NCBI GenBank assembly: GCA_965248755.1
Contig: OZ252149.1
Coordinates: 3,392,001-3,456,000, forward strand
Reading direction: 5' to 3'
DNA from: Candidatus Latescibacterota bacterium
Lineage (GTDB): Bacteria; Latescibacterota; CBDEFO01
Length of the DNA stretch: 64,000 nucleotides
The notes beneath the pieces were generated by a model. It was not told the origin of the DNA, searched no databases, and saw only the letters and a list, made by a program, of their open reading frames with translations. Below, in pieces: positions 20,171-30,497 of this stretch (the stretch's first letter is position 1; each line of letters begins with the position of its first letter). The translations under genes and the position numbers were made by a program.

Positions 20171-20231
20171 TTTTAATTCCCTTTCGTTATCCAATTAATT
20201 TCTGTGCCATTTAATTATGCTAACTCCTAAT

Positions 20232-20560
20232 CATACCGCTCCCCCTTGGTAGAGCGACAAATATTTCGATAATTGGGGTTTGAGAAAGGAGGTCAAATTG
20301 TCAAGCCCCGAGGTAAAAGATAGTAAGCGCTGGTTTGGGACCCGTAAGGCAGCGGTGGTGTTGGCTCTTTTGAAAGGAGCGGATGTATCAGAGGTGTGTC
20401 GGAAGAATGGAATTAGCCAGTCGCAGGTGTATGCTTGGGTGATAGTTTCTTAGAAGGAGGCCAGGAGAGTCTGAAGTCTCGGCGTGGTTGCAAGGACCCG
20501 AAGGAGCGGGAGGTTGGTCGGTTGGAGCGCAGGGTAGGGCAATTGACGCTCCAGTTCGAG
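20232..20560 (+). mobile_element. diverged, truncated copy of the IS3 element (left end + partial orfA)
   Basis: Starts CATACCGCTCCCCC..AGAGCGACAAATATTTCG; aligns to orfA with substitutions and indels; lacks orfB and right IR. Confidence 0.9.
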
Positions 20561-20945
20561 GTACGCGAGTACTGATCGAAAACGGTGAAGGATCAGGGCC
20601 CCAAGGGAATTAGCGCGTTGCTGGTGCACCTTTTGGTGGGGGGCGCGCGACGTGCCCTCGACGGAAGGGATGGTTAACGCAGCGTGCATGTCATCTATTG
20701 GTGGATTTCGGTGCCACTTCTTTGCATGGTATCTGTAGCTAAGTATTAGATCAAGATTGTCTGGAGGTGACTATCGAGATCCAAGACGGAAGATAGCACA
20801 CAGAAAGTGGCAACCTCCAGATAGATCCCTATTCAATTACTTCCGCCAGGTTTTGTCAAGATACTCAGTTAGAGATCAAATGGGAAGTGTGGCAGCTTCT
20901 TTTGAGCGCGCATCAAAGCATTTAGAGAGCGCAGCGCTGTCTAAC

Positions 20946-22388
20946 TTAAAGTCCTCTTGTATACGCGCCGTATTGGACGATGATTTCTACGTTCTCTACC
21001 GTCAATGGCGCTATGAAGTCGGAGGGCTGCTCTTTTAAAACTATCTCCAGCAGGTTCCCGCCTTTCTGAGGGCGCACTCCTTCCAGGTCAAATGCCAGCC
21101 ACTGGCCCGCGTAACGGTCGGGCAGTTTGGGGAAGGTGCGCTTGCAGAGTTCCTCTGCCAGGGACTCCCCGTTCAAAAAGATCTCGAGTAGGTGCACCGC
21201 CATCAGGTTGGTTATGTAGATTTTGAGCTGAACACTCTGTACCCGGTCGTTCTGGATATCGTCGGCGATGGAAAAGGGAAGCTGATAACGTTTGGCCGGA
21301 TCAGCCGAAGGGATTTCAAGCGGCAGGGGGGCCGCGTAATCCTGCTCGCCAGCCGACTCGCAACGCCGGCGTAGGAAGTAGTGTTTGTCAGCTTCTTTTA
21401 CCAGCTCGGGGTCTCCAAGTTCCGTGAGGGTGCTGCGCTCCACATCCCCCAGGGGCCACCCCATAAACCAGGTGTAGAGCCCGTCCACGTCCAGCTCCCA
21501 GAAGTTGGCCGCCGCAGCACGCATCATGGCCGGGGGAGCGTACACAGTCTCAGTGCCTATGCGGTAGTAGTAGGGCTGCAGCATGGCGTAAACTGATATC
21601 TCGTTTTCATGGGCCGCCTGCACCACCCAGTCGATGGGCATGTTGGCGTCGAGGTAGTTGGACACATATAACATAGGAACCACAAAGTCTACCAGCCCCT
21701 CGCTAAGCCAGGTGTGAACGTCCAGGCCTACTTTCAGATTCAACTCCTCTGTGGGATATACACGCGCACCCACCAGGCCGGGGTTGCCTGACCGGTTATG
21801 GACCATCTCAGCCACTCGGCGCACAAAGTCGGTCATCACTGATGTGTGTTCCGATGCTTCCTCGGGTCTGAAGCAGAAGGAATCCCCGCCCGGAGCTCCC
21901 GCAAAGTCCAGCTCCACGCCCTCTACCGGATACTGCGTGGCGAGCTCCTCCAGTACGGCGAACTGGTGGTCGCGCACCTCCGGGTGCACGTACCCCTTCC
22001 CCTCTGTCGGCACTGAGTACCCAGAGGGCATGCCTGGCTGCTCGCCCATACGGAGGCTGGAGAAAAAGTCCATGCCTTTCTCGTGAGCCCGGTCGATCAG
22101 CACCTTCAGTGGATCCAGGCCGAGGTCTATCAGGCTCTGCATATTATGCCATACGCGCCAGTAGGCGGCCAGATCAAAACCATCCAGGCCTTCACCGAAC
22201 CTGAGACCCACTTTGGAAGGGTAGAAAAGGCCATCACCCCGTGCTACCCCGTAGATGAAGGTGTCGACGGCTGTGCCGGCAACCTCGTCAATGGGTACCC
22301 AGGCATCTTCTAACCGGAACGGCGGGTCGTAAATGAACAGATAGCAATGCCGTGCATCATTAAAGTAGATCGTCCTGCGGCGTCTCAT
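20946..22388 (-). CDS. glycoside-hydrolase-like TIM-barrel protein (GHL10-like), paralog B
   Basis: Highly similar to 18415-19866 along its whole length. Confidence 0.7.
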   Translation of the reverse strand: MRRRRTIYFNDARHCYLFIYDPPFRLEDAWVPIDEVAGTAVDTFIYGVARGDGLFYPSKVGLRFGEGLDGFDLAAYWRVWHNMQSLIDLGLDPLKVLIDRAHEKGMDFFSSLRMGEQPGMPSGYSVPTEGKGYVHPEVRDHQFAVLEELATQYPVEGVELDFAGAPGGDSFCFRPEEASEHTSVMTDFVRRVAEMVHNRSGNPGLVGARVYPTEELNLKVGLDVHTWLSEGLVDFVVPMLYVSNYLDANMPIDWVVQAAHENEISVYAMLQPYYYRIGTETVYAPPAMMRAAAANFWELDVDGLYTWFMGWPLGDVERSTLTELGDPELVKEADKHYFLRRRCESAGEQDYAAPLPLEIPSADPAKRYQLPFSIADDIQNDRVQSVQLKIYITNLMAVHLLEIFLNGESLAEELCKRTFPKLPDRYAGQWLAFDLEGVRPQKGGNLLEIVLKEQPSDFIAPLTVENVEIIVQYGAYTRGL

Positions 22389-22747
22389 GGCAAGTAGTCC
22401 CTTCTCTATAGAATTATTAATTGGGTCTCCTTTTCATTCTCATCTCAACGCAAATATACCTTTATCCAAACAACTTAGCAAGAACAATTCTGTGCACACT
22501 AACTACGTGTTCAAAGTGGGCAATTTACAACGATTCTGGACTGATGAATCTTTGTTGACATCTAACAGTTTTCTTTGTATCTTCCCACTTAATATTCAGT
22601 ATCATAAAGCCATCTTCAGTCCACGAATGAGGAGACGTCGCAAAATTACCCGATCTTTGTATAGTTAATGTCTTGTCAATCTGAGAAAGATGAGGTCTCA
22701 AAATAAGACATATAATTTTCTATACTGTTCTGACACTGTTAGTCGCT

Positions 22748-24373
22748 TTGAATGCTTCTGCCTATGCACAGGACGCTATGACCATCCGTGTCGTGCTGCC
22801 TGTCAGCGCGGTCAAGATTCTGCCCACCGGCCCGGTCGAGACGGGGCAAGTCTCTAATGAGCTTAAGGTGGTGGCCTGCCCCGGCGAATATGAGCCGGGG
22901 AGTTTCGTCATCTTTGCCCAGTCAGATATCACCTCGCTGAAGGTACAGGCCGACGACCTGAAAGCAAAACATGGTGTAATTTTGGCAAAGGAGGTCGATA
23001 TCAAAGTGGTCAAATGCTGGTATCAGTCGGGCAGTGCCTGGGTGGGCATCGAACAGGATCTCAGCAAGCGAGTGCTGGTGCCAGAACTGCTTCTTAAAGA
23101 TGATAGCTTGGTGAAGGTCGACTTTGAGGCCAAGGAGAACTATCTCAAGTTATCCCTGCCCAAAAGAGAAAAGTATATCTGGATAAGCAATCCGGAGGAG
23201 AAATATGATGAGGGTCCCATATTTCCGAGCGACGACATTCCGATTAAGGACAGCTCTGTTCTGTTGCCTGTCGATATTCCTGCCAACACCAACAAGCAGT
23301 TTTGGGTAACGGTTCACGTGCCGGACGATGCCAAACCGGGGAACTACACCGGGCGCATCACGCTTTTGCTGTCAAAGAGGAAATTGCGGGTTCTAAAGCT
23401 TAATCTGCGGGTCCTGCCGATTGAGCTGGCGGAGCCCTATTACACTTCCAGCATTTTCCACCGGAATCCCAACGGAAAATCACAGATTGATCTACGATAC
23501 CGCATGGAAATGGAAGACTTGCTCGCCCACGGTGTGACTGACCCGATCTTTTATCCTTCGGACGAAGCTGAAACCAGGCGATTCTTGCAGATCAGGAAAG
23601 AGGTGGGCATGGCGGGTCGGCCGCTCTACACGGTTTGGGGTGCAAGTGTTCCACTAAATGTAGTAAAAGAACGCATTGAACTTTTCAGATCCTACGGTTT
23701 TACCGACGTCTACTTCTACGGATGGGATGAGGCCGGTGGCGAGCGTTTGTTGCAGCAACGGCCTACTTGGGAGACGGTGCGAAAGGCAGGTGGCAAGATG
23801 TTCGCCTCCGCCAGCAGCAAAGCCGGTCATCAGGGAGTTTACCGGGGAAGTTACTTTGACACCGTGGGTGACATCCTGGATGTGTTCAATTGTCAGCCTC
23901 CCCTCAACCGGGAGGAGGCGGAGATGTGGCATTCCGTCGGTCACAAGGTCTGGTCCTACGCCAACCCGCATGTTGGTCCCGAAAGCCCCGAGATATTTCG
24001 GCGGAATTACGGCCTGCTGATATGGAAGTATAACTGGGACGGCGCTGCAACTTACGCCTACAAGCACGCCTTCGGCAACCCGTGGAATGATTTCGACAGC
24101 GTTACACGAGATATCACCTTCGTCTACCCGACAATCGACGGTGTGATCAATACGATCGGGTGGGAAGGCTACCGCGAGGCGGTGGACGATGTTCGCTATG
24201 TGACGACGCTGATGCAGGCTATCGAGAAGGCCGCAAAATCGACAGATGGCAGGCGGAGGGAGGTTGCCGAAAAGGCCGCGCGCTACCTTGAAACGCTGGA
24301 TGTCGATCAGAGGGATTTGGATGCGATTCGCCTGGAAATGATTGCGCATCTGCTTGATTTACAAGGGGAATAA
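22748..24373 (+). CDS. putative glycoside hydrolase (GH123/DUF4091-like)
   Basis: 'GEYEP', 'FWVTVHVPDDAKPGNYTG', 'YFYGWDEA', 'WEGYREAVDDVRY' motifs; start codon uncertain. Confidence 0.6.
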   Translation: MNASAYAQDAMTIRVVLPVSAVKILPTGPVETGQVSNELKVVACPGEYEPGSFVIFAQSDITSLKVQADDLKAKHGVILAKEVDIKVVKCWYQSGSAWVGIEQDLSKRVLVPELLLKDDSLVKVDFEAKENYLKLSLPKREKYIWISNPEEKYDEGPIFPSDDIPIKDSSVLLPVDIPANTNKQFWVTVHVPDDAKPGNYTGRITLLLSKRKLRVLKLNLRVLPIELAEPYYTSSIFHRNPNGKSQIDLRYRMEMEDLLAHGVTDPIFYPSDEAETRRFLQIRKEVGMAGRPLYTVWGASVPLNVVKERIELFRSYGFTDVYFYGWDEAGGERLLQQRPTWETVRKAGGKMFASASSKAGHQGVYRGSYFDTVGDILDVFNCQPPLNREEAEMWHSVGHKVWSYANPHVGPESPEIFRRNYGLLIWKYNWDGAATYAYKHAFGNPWNDFDSVTRDITFVYPTIDGVINTIGWEGYREAVDDVRYVTTLMQAIEKAAKSTDGRRREVAEKAARYLETLDVDQRDLDAIRLEMIAHLLDLQGE

Positions 24374-24640
24374 AGATCCTCAGTTTCGGGCTCATTACCC
24401 TAAATTGGGAAGTTCGAGCAGTTTGACGTTGACCCCCGATAGATTCAATCGGGCGTGACCCCACAGCGGAGATTAGGCACAAAGACACTAATTTTAATAT
24501 CTTTGTGCCTTGGTGGCTGAAGACAGGATCAGTGGGCCGAAGCGATCGGCAGTGAATCTCGCTATTCACAATTCTGCTGAGATTCACCGTACTCGGTTTC
24601 TCGGAATAACTAACAGTTTGTCTAATCTGCGCTATTCCTA

Positions 24641-25789
24641 CTAGCCATGTAAATCCAACCGCGACCAATGAATGTCCATGGACGTTTCAGTTCCCGCGTA
24701 GTAGACAACCAACACATCGCCATCAGGCAGGGCCTCTGCATAGGGTAGGCCAAAGGTCCAGAGTGACATATCCGCCAGAAGTGTAGCAGTATCATCGTCA
24801 GCCGAATCCTGCGCTGAGGCTGCACTGTGTGAGTAAATTACCACTTCTGGCGCAGGATCAAAGGGTGCCTCGATAGAGGAGGCCAAACGCGCTCGAATCG
24901 AACGGGTACCGAAGCGGTCCACCCACGCAAGGACGACGCGTCCGTCCTGCATTATGGCAGGATGTGCTGCCTGGTCGGTAAAGCCTAGATCCTCAAGGGG
25001 CGACCAGGTCTGGCCGCCATCCGGGCTGATCCGGCGGTGGATATTGAGGTAAGTATTCGTCTGGCTGTCGTAGGTCCACAGAAAGGTAGCGATACGGCCG
25101 TCAGGGGCTACGCCAGCACGCTGGTCCCAGTAGAAGATGCGGCCCGTCGGATCCTGGCTGGCTGTAACGGGCTCACCCCAGGTCTGACCCAGATCAGTTG
25201 AATGGAACAAGACAACTCGTTGATACCATCTGGAACTATCTTCGTAGGGCTTGTTCGACTCAACACTTAACACTAAAGTACCGTCGGGAAGTACCATGAT
25301 CGGGTTCGTTAAACTCGGCGGGCCAATATCAGCGGGCATCGGCACCACTCGGCACGGAGTCCACGTTTCTCCGAAATCGTGTGAATCGGCTAGCAGAAGC
25401 TCTATCGGCAGACAACCCTCGGTCTCGGGGTTGAACAGCGGTTTGCCAGGGTAAGTCTCCCGATCGATCCACAAGTAAGCCGCGATTAGGTGGCCCCGGA
25501 TAGGTTCAATCGGGGGTGAAAGCTCGGTAAGGTAACAGGACCTGAGTGACCCCTGTAAGCCTCCAATTTGCGTCCCTTCGAAAGGACGTTTCGGTTCACT
25601 CCAGGTCCGACCGCTGTCCAGAGAAGAGTAAAATTCAACTGTTCCATCGGGAGAGTCCTTGTTCGAGCCAGCGCGGCAGGTGGCCATAAGCGTGCCATTG
25701 GAAAGTGCAATTACGCTGGGGAAAGTCAGGACGGCTCGTTCAGTCCCCGCTACGCCACGGGACAAAATACCATTCTCAATAATTCTCAT
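24641..25789 (-). CDS. sialidase/BNR-repeat family protein
   Basis: Asp-boxes SLDSGRTW, SHDFGETW, STDLGQTW, SPDGGQTW. Confidence 0.85.
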   Translation of the reverse strand: MRIIENGILSRGVAGTERAVLTFPSVIALSNGTLMATCRAGSNKDSPDGTVEFYSSLDSGRTWSEPKRPFEGTQIGGLQGSLRSCYLTELSPPIEPIRGHLIAAYLWIDRETYPGKPLFNPETEGCLPIELLLADSHDFGETWTPCRVVPMPADIGPPSLTNPIMVLPDGTLVLSVESNKPYEDSSRWYQRVVLFHSTDLGQTWGEPVTASQDPTGRIFYWDQRAGVAPDGRIATFLWTYDSQTNTYLNIHRRISPDGGQTWSPLEDLGFTDQAAHPAIMQDGRVVLAWVDRFGTRSIRARLASSIEAPFDPAPEVVIYSHSAASAQDSADDDTATLLADMSLWTFGLPYAEALPDGDVLVVYYAGTETSMDIHWSRLDLHG

Positions 25790-26035
25790 ATGAATTCAGC
25801 GCAGGAGACTCCCAGTTTAAATAAGTAGGAAGCATACAGGGATAAGAGGCGTTGCCCTGTCTACCCCCGGTTGCATTCCCGATTAGTGTATCGAGGACCG
25901 GGTGTTACTGTGTACTGCATTTGCGCGGGAGAGAAATGCGCCTTTCCTCCTTTCTATTTGACAAATTATTCGAACCATGTAAGAATCCTTTTTCGGGAAG
26001 GAGGTCCCGTGACGCTTATTTGTTAACGTTGTCAA

Positions 26036-27101
26036 TCACGCGTAACGTGTGCGGAGCAATTCTGCTGCCTGACACATCACCTTGAGCTTCAGATACGCTT
26101 CGTCCAGGTCCATGGGGTTCTGAACCGACGGTGAGAAGCCACAGTCCGGATGGCAGTGTGATGCGCTCCGCCTCCACATAGCGCATGGCCCCTTCCACTC
26201 TTGCGACCACTTCCTCTGGAGTTTCCACCTGTCGGTCGCAGTGGTCAATGCACCCGAATCCCAACCGCACTTTCTCAGGGAATTGGGCCAGAGACTCCAG
26301 GCCACTGGCTACTGGAGTGGCATATTCCATCGAGATCGTACCGACCCGCAACTTGGCCAGTGCCGGCATGATCAGATCGTAGGGGCCCTCGGTGGCGTGC
26401 TTGTGGTCAAAATGAGCGTGGCACAGGTGCATTCCTGTTTTCACATCTTCGATCCCATCCACCGTCTGATTGATAAGATCGACGCACAGGTCCATTTCGT
26501 ACTGCACGTCAGTGACACCATCTTTCTCGCGGAAGCTGGGATCGACCATTGTGGCCAGCCAGGGCTCGTCGAGCTGCACCGTGTCAGCTCCGGCGTCGCG
26601 GATCGCCTCGATTTCCTGCCGGAGGATCGGCACACAAGCGGACATCAGTTTCTCGGGGGTGGGGTACGCCCCTTTCGATTGCTGCGGATGCCACATGCGC
26701 CGGCCGATGATGTAAGGAGCAGGTAAGGTCGCCTTGACGCGTCGCTGGGTGCGCTGCCGGACGTAACGAATCTCCTCAACTGCTATGGGACGGTGATACT
26801 CTACCGGTGCCACCACAGCCGGGTATGGTAATCCACCGCTGGGATTCAGGTCGGGCTGGAAGCCCCGCACGCGTTCGGCAAAGACCTTGACGTAGCTCTC
26901 CCGGCGCCATTCGCCATCGGTGATCTCGTCCAGTCCTGCCCGCTCTTGCAGCAGAAGAACCGATTCGATGGCCCGGTCCAGCACATGGTCTACTTCTTGC
27001 TCAGATATCCTACCGTCCTTGCGGTCCAAGATCAGCTCACGCACCCAGGCCGGGCGAGGCAGACTGCCGATGACAGTAGTAGGGAACAGTGTATTTGTCA
27101 T
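26036..27101 (-). pseudogene. cobalamin-independent methionine synthase II family protein, frameshifted
   Basis: 'TTVIGSLPRP', 'TDGEWRR', 'QLDEP', HLC motif. The final 'HPDCG' Zn-ligand segment is in another frame owing to one extra base near 26152. Confidence 0.8.
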
Positions 27102-27768
27102 GACAATTCTCCTCTCTTCGGTCTTAGCATTCAGCACACGACGCGCTAAAGTGAAGCTTGGGGAAACTTTGAACATCGGAGCTGTATTTAAGCCGTGAAC
27201 GCCACCGTTGCACTATCTGACTAATATCTTCAGCGAGCTTTAGCAAGAGTGGCAAGTATGAGAACACCACAGTTTCTTTGCGACTGCTTAATTATAAAAA
27301 AATGACCGCGTAAAATCAAGTACTTACCAAGCCATTTTCAGAAGGAGTTTTACAGATACGTGTAAAAAGTGGGATGTTAGAAATCTCGGTTGCAAATGCG
27401 CCGCAAGTTCAACGTCTGAAATCGTGAGAAGCTTCACAGAGTTTGGAGATGCGCCGGCCGGGAAAGTTGAGAAGCTTGTCTCGCCTCAGATTGTGCGAAT
27501 GTGGGCCACAAGGGCAAAAGCGAAGTTGTTAACGGTTAGGACTGAGATTTCCATTGACCTCCACTATCTTCTTTTATATGTTCTCATCTACTGCGTCACC
27601 GATTACTAAGTATGGGGTCAAAATGAAGCGACTCGCAGGTGAACTGGAAGAAGATCGATAAAATAAGCCTCTTACAAGAATTCCATCTCTTGTATCATTA
27701 GTAGAAATTCTCAACTTTATCCAAAGAGTATTGAAGAACTTTTCTTGGGGTACTGAAAGGAGAACGAA

Positions 27769-28632
27769 ATGGCAAGAGTAGAAAGGAAAGTTGAACTCCC
27801 GAAGATTCTCCACATGGCTACTCTGTGGATTCTGACCGGTTACGGTGGCAAGAAGTGAGAGTGGACCACTGAGCAGAAACTACGGTGTATCCAGAACGCT
27901 GGGTTTGACGGATTCCTGGCACGGGTGCCGGTGGTGACCCGTGAACAAGTGGATAAGTACGGGCTTACCTTCGCAGCCACTGTGGATATAGGGAGCGCCA
28001 AGGACGTAATGCCCCAGTTCAAGGCCGCCAACGAAGTAGGCGCACGATGCGTCAATGTGCAGATGCTCGACCACGATACACCGACCAAGAAGGTGGTGGC
28101 TCTGGCCCGGCGCGTGATGGCCGCGGCGGACAATCTACAGATGGATGTGGCTATTGAGGTGCACCGCGATACCTGCACCGAGACGCCGGAGAAGGCCTAC
28201 GCTCTGGCCGAAGGGTTTGAAAAGGCGGAGAAGCGGCTGCTCAAGATGACGTGGGATTTTTCGCATCCTGCCGTTGTCAAGCATCTCTCGCCGCCCTACT
28301 GGGATCGGCTGGCCGAGCGGGTGGACCTGATCCAGTACGCGCAGCAGTTCCATTTCCGGCCCTTCAACGGGCACCACTGCCAGATTCCGGCGCTCGGACA
28401 GGGCGGGAAGCTCACTCCGGAGTTTCTGGACTGGCTGGAATTTGCCGAGAAGGTGATTGAGTGCTGGCTGTAGGCCGCCACGCCGGGACGGGAGATGTTC
28501 GGCTGTCCGGAGCAGGGGGCTGCGGGATATTTCCTGTCCGTCTTCGGAGACCGATGGAAGGACGTGCAGGCGATTCGAGATGAGGTGGACCGGGCCTGGA
28601 AGAGGCAGTTGAGAAATTGGACGAGCAAGTGA
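27769..28632 (+). pseudogene. xylose-isomerase-like TIM barrel protein with two in-frame stops
   Basis: RBS AAGGAG + ATG 27769; TGA 27856-27858 and TAG 28471-28473; frame continues to TGA 28630-28632; 'EVHRD', 'DFSH' motifs. Confidence 0.8.
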
Positions 28633-28782
28633 AGATCTTGATCTCCGTGGCGTGAGCACGTAGCCTCCGATTGAATCTATCAAGGGTAGGCATGGCTACC
28701 ACCCTCCTCCCTGTCTACTGCTTGCTGTCTATTTGAATATATGGACCGACCCCATTTTCTTCTGCCTCTAACCGGTGGGTCT

Positions 28783-29157
28783 TCAGAGCTCTAGTGGCTC
28801 GGGAGTACGTAGAATGAACGTCTTCTTGATGTAGTTCGGCACATGCCATTTCGTTTTCAGCCCCATCGGAAAATGGACAAAATCGCCTGCCCGAAAGGTG
28901 TGCCGTTCACCACCTTCTTCCTCGATGATCGCTTCGCCCTCGAGCACCATTACAAACTCGTCCCAGCCGTATTCCCAACTGAACTTGCCCGCTGTACAGT
29001 CCCAGACACCCTGCGTCACCTTTAGGTCAGACGACTGCGCCGAGATCCACATTCTGGCAACGGGTTCTCCTTCCAGAATCTGTTCCTCTGGGATTGGAAA
29101 ATCAGTAAGTTGGACTGATGATCCCTCGTTCACCTTGACTGATAGTGTGCTCATCAT
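28783..29157 (-). CDS. cupin domain protein (DUF861/EutQ-like)
   Basis: 'GVWDCTAGKF', 'EFVMVLEG', 'AGDFVHFP.G....W'. Confidence 0.85.
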   Translation of the reverse strand: MMSTLSVKVNEGSSVQLTDFPIPEEQILEGEPVARMWISAQSSDLKVTQGVWDCTAGKFSWEYGWDEFVMVLEGEAIIEEEGGERHTFRAGDFVHFPMGLKTKWHVPNYIKKTFILRTPEPLEL

Positions 29158-29351
29158 CGTCTCCTTTCTGTGGGGCTTCTTCCGATCCCCCATACATTCT
29201 ATCGGGGACTGACCTAATCTTTCATCTAAAGTGCTCATCTTGTACTTGCCTTGCAATCTCGTTGTAGATCACAAGTCGTCTGGGTGCTTGTCGAACATTG
29301 TATCCCTTCCCGTATTTTCACTTGCGCCCTTCTTCAGCGAACATCACGACA

Positions 29352-30188
29352 TCATATTGGGGTATGTTGGCGGTACGCCGCCACTGCCTGCGTCGCTCCC
29401 GCGCTGATCAAAGATAACTCGCTGACCAGTTCAAAGAACTGACATCCTTCAGCGATCCACTTAGCCCCTGTCTCCGGCCCTGAGGCGGTCGTGCCGAACG
29501 GCACTTTGTGCTTCAAGCACAAGTCAAGTATGTCATGCATCGGTTCCTTGACGCGGGGATGATCGTATTCGCCGGGATAGCCCATCGCTATTGAAAAGTC
29601 ATAGGGTCCCACATAGACCATATCCAGATCTGGTGTGGTAATGATCTCCTCCGCGTTCTCGTAGCCCATGGCTGTTTCTATATGGGCCATGATCACGGTG
29701 GACTGGTTTGCCTTCTTCAACCATGCCGCAGGATCGGAGGGCGACACGTAGTCCACATTTCCAAAGCCCGGGGCCGCAGCACGTGTCCCCACCGGCGGGA
29801 ACTTCATATAATCGATCAGGGCCATCAGATCCTCGCGGGATTCGGTGCGGGGTAGCTGGATCCCTACAACACCGGCTTCCAGTAGACGCGCGACCTCGGG
29901 CCGGCCCAGCTCGCCCACCTTGGAAATGACGGGAACCTGATTGTCGCGGGCGCAAAGCACGAAGTCTGGCATCTCGCTGCCGTCAAAGTAGGCGTGTTCT
30001 TTTTCGATGAAGATGAAATCGAAGCCGGCATAGCGGTATTTCTTAACCAGCGATGGGCGGAGGTATTCGGACACTATACCTCCCAGAAGGACATCACCTG
30101 CCTTGAGACGTCTCTTGAAGGCGCGACCGAGGACGGTGGGATCATGTTTTTGGGGACGTTGTATCTTTCTGGTCTTGGCCATGCTCAT
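29352..30188 (-). CDS. HpcH/HpaI aldolase family protein
   Basis: 'GFDFIFIE.EH', 'FPPVGTR', 'IET', 'VGPYDFS'. Confidence 0.88.
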   Translation of the reverse strand: MSMAKTRKIQRPQKHDPTVLGRAFKRRLKAGDVLLGGIVSEYLRPSLVKKYRYAGFDFIFIEKEHAYFDGSEMPDFVLCARDNQVPVISKVGELGRPEVARLLEAGVVGIQLPRTESREDLMALIDYMKFPPVGTRAAAPGFGNVDYVSPSDPAAWLKKANQSTVIMAHIETAMGYENAEEIITTPDLDMVYVGPYDFSIAMGYPGEYDHPRVKEPMHDILDLCLKHKVPFGTTASGPETGAKWIAEGCQFFELVSELSLISAGATQAVAAYRQHTPI

Positions 30189-30497
30189 CCTCCACTGGGC
30201 CCCAAAAAGTATCGAAGAACTTTTTGGAGGGGGGGAAAGTAAGAAGTTCTACATTTATAAAAATTATAGCAGAATACCGACACTCGTGAGTGGCGGATGA
30301 ATGCCATCGGGGAAGGAGGAGGGCATCTCCCAGGGGCGGGGTTTGAAGCCCTGCCCGCGGAGTGCCTAAGTTGAGTTGCGCCGAAGGCGGTGACTCAACG
30401 TGGCTTCACTGAAACAGTTAGGTACACCGTTGGATCGTCCCCGATTGATTCTATCGGGGACTGGCGGAGCGCGTTGATACCGATCCTCATCCCTTCC

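Larger units (their letters stand above)
18027..22559. repeat. about 2-kb direct segmental duplication (about 18027-20034 and about 20558-22559)
   Basis: The two units align over downstream flank, whole gene and promoter region. Confidence 0.92.

Noticed and set aside
27856..28473. Selenocysteine/pyrrolysine or genetic-code recoding of the TGA and TAG
   Set aside because: Two different stops in one non-redox gene amid other pseudogenes; TGA and TAG end many intact genes in this window.
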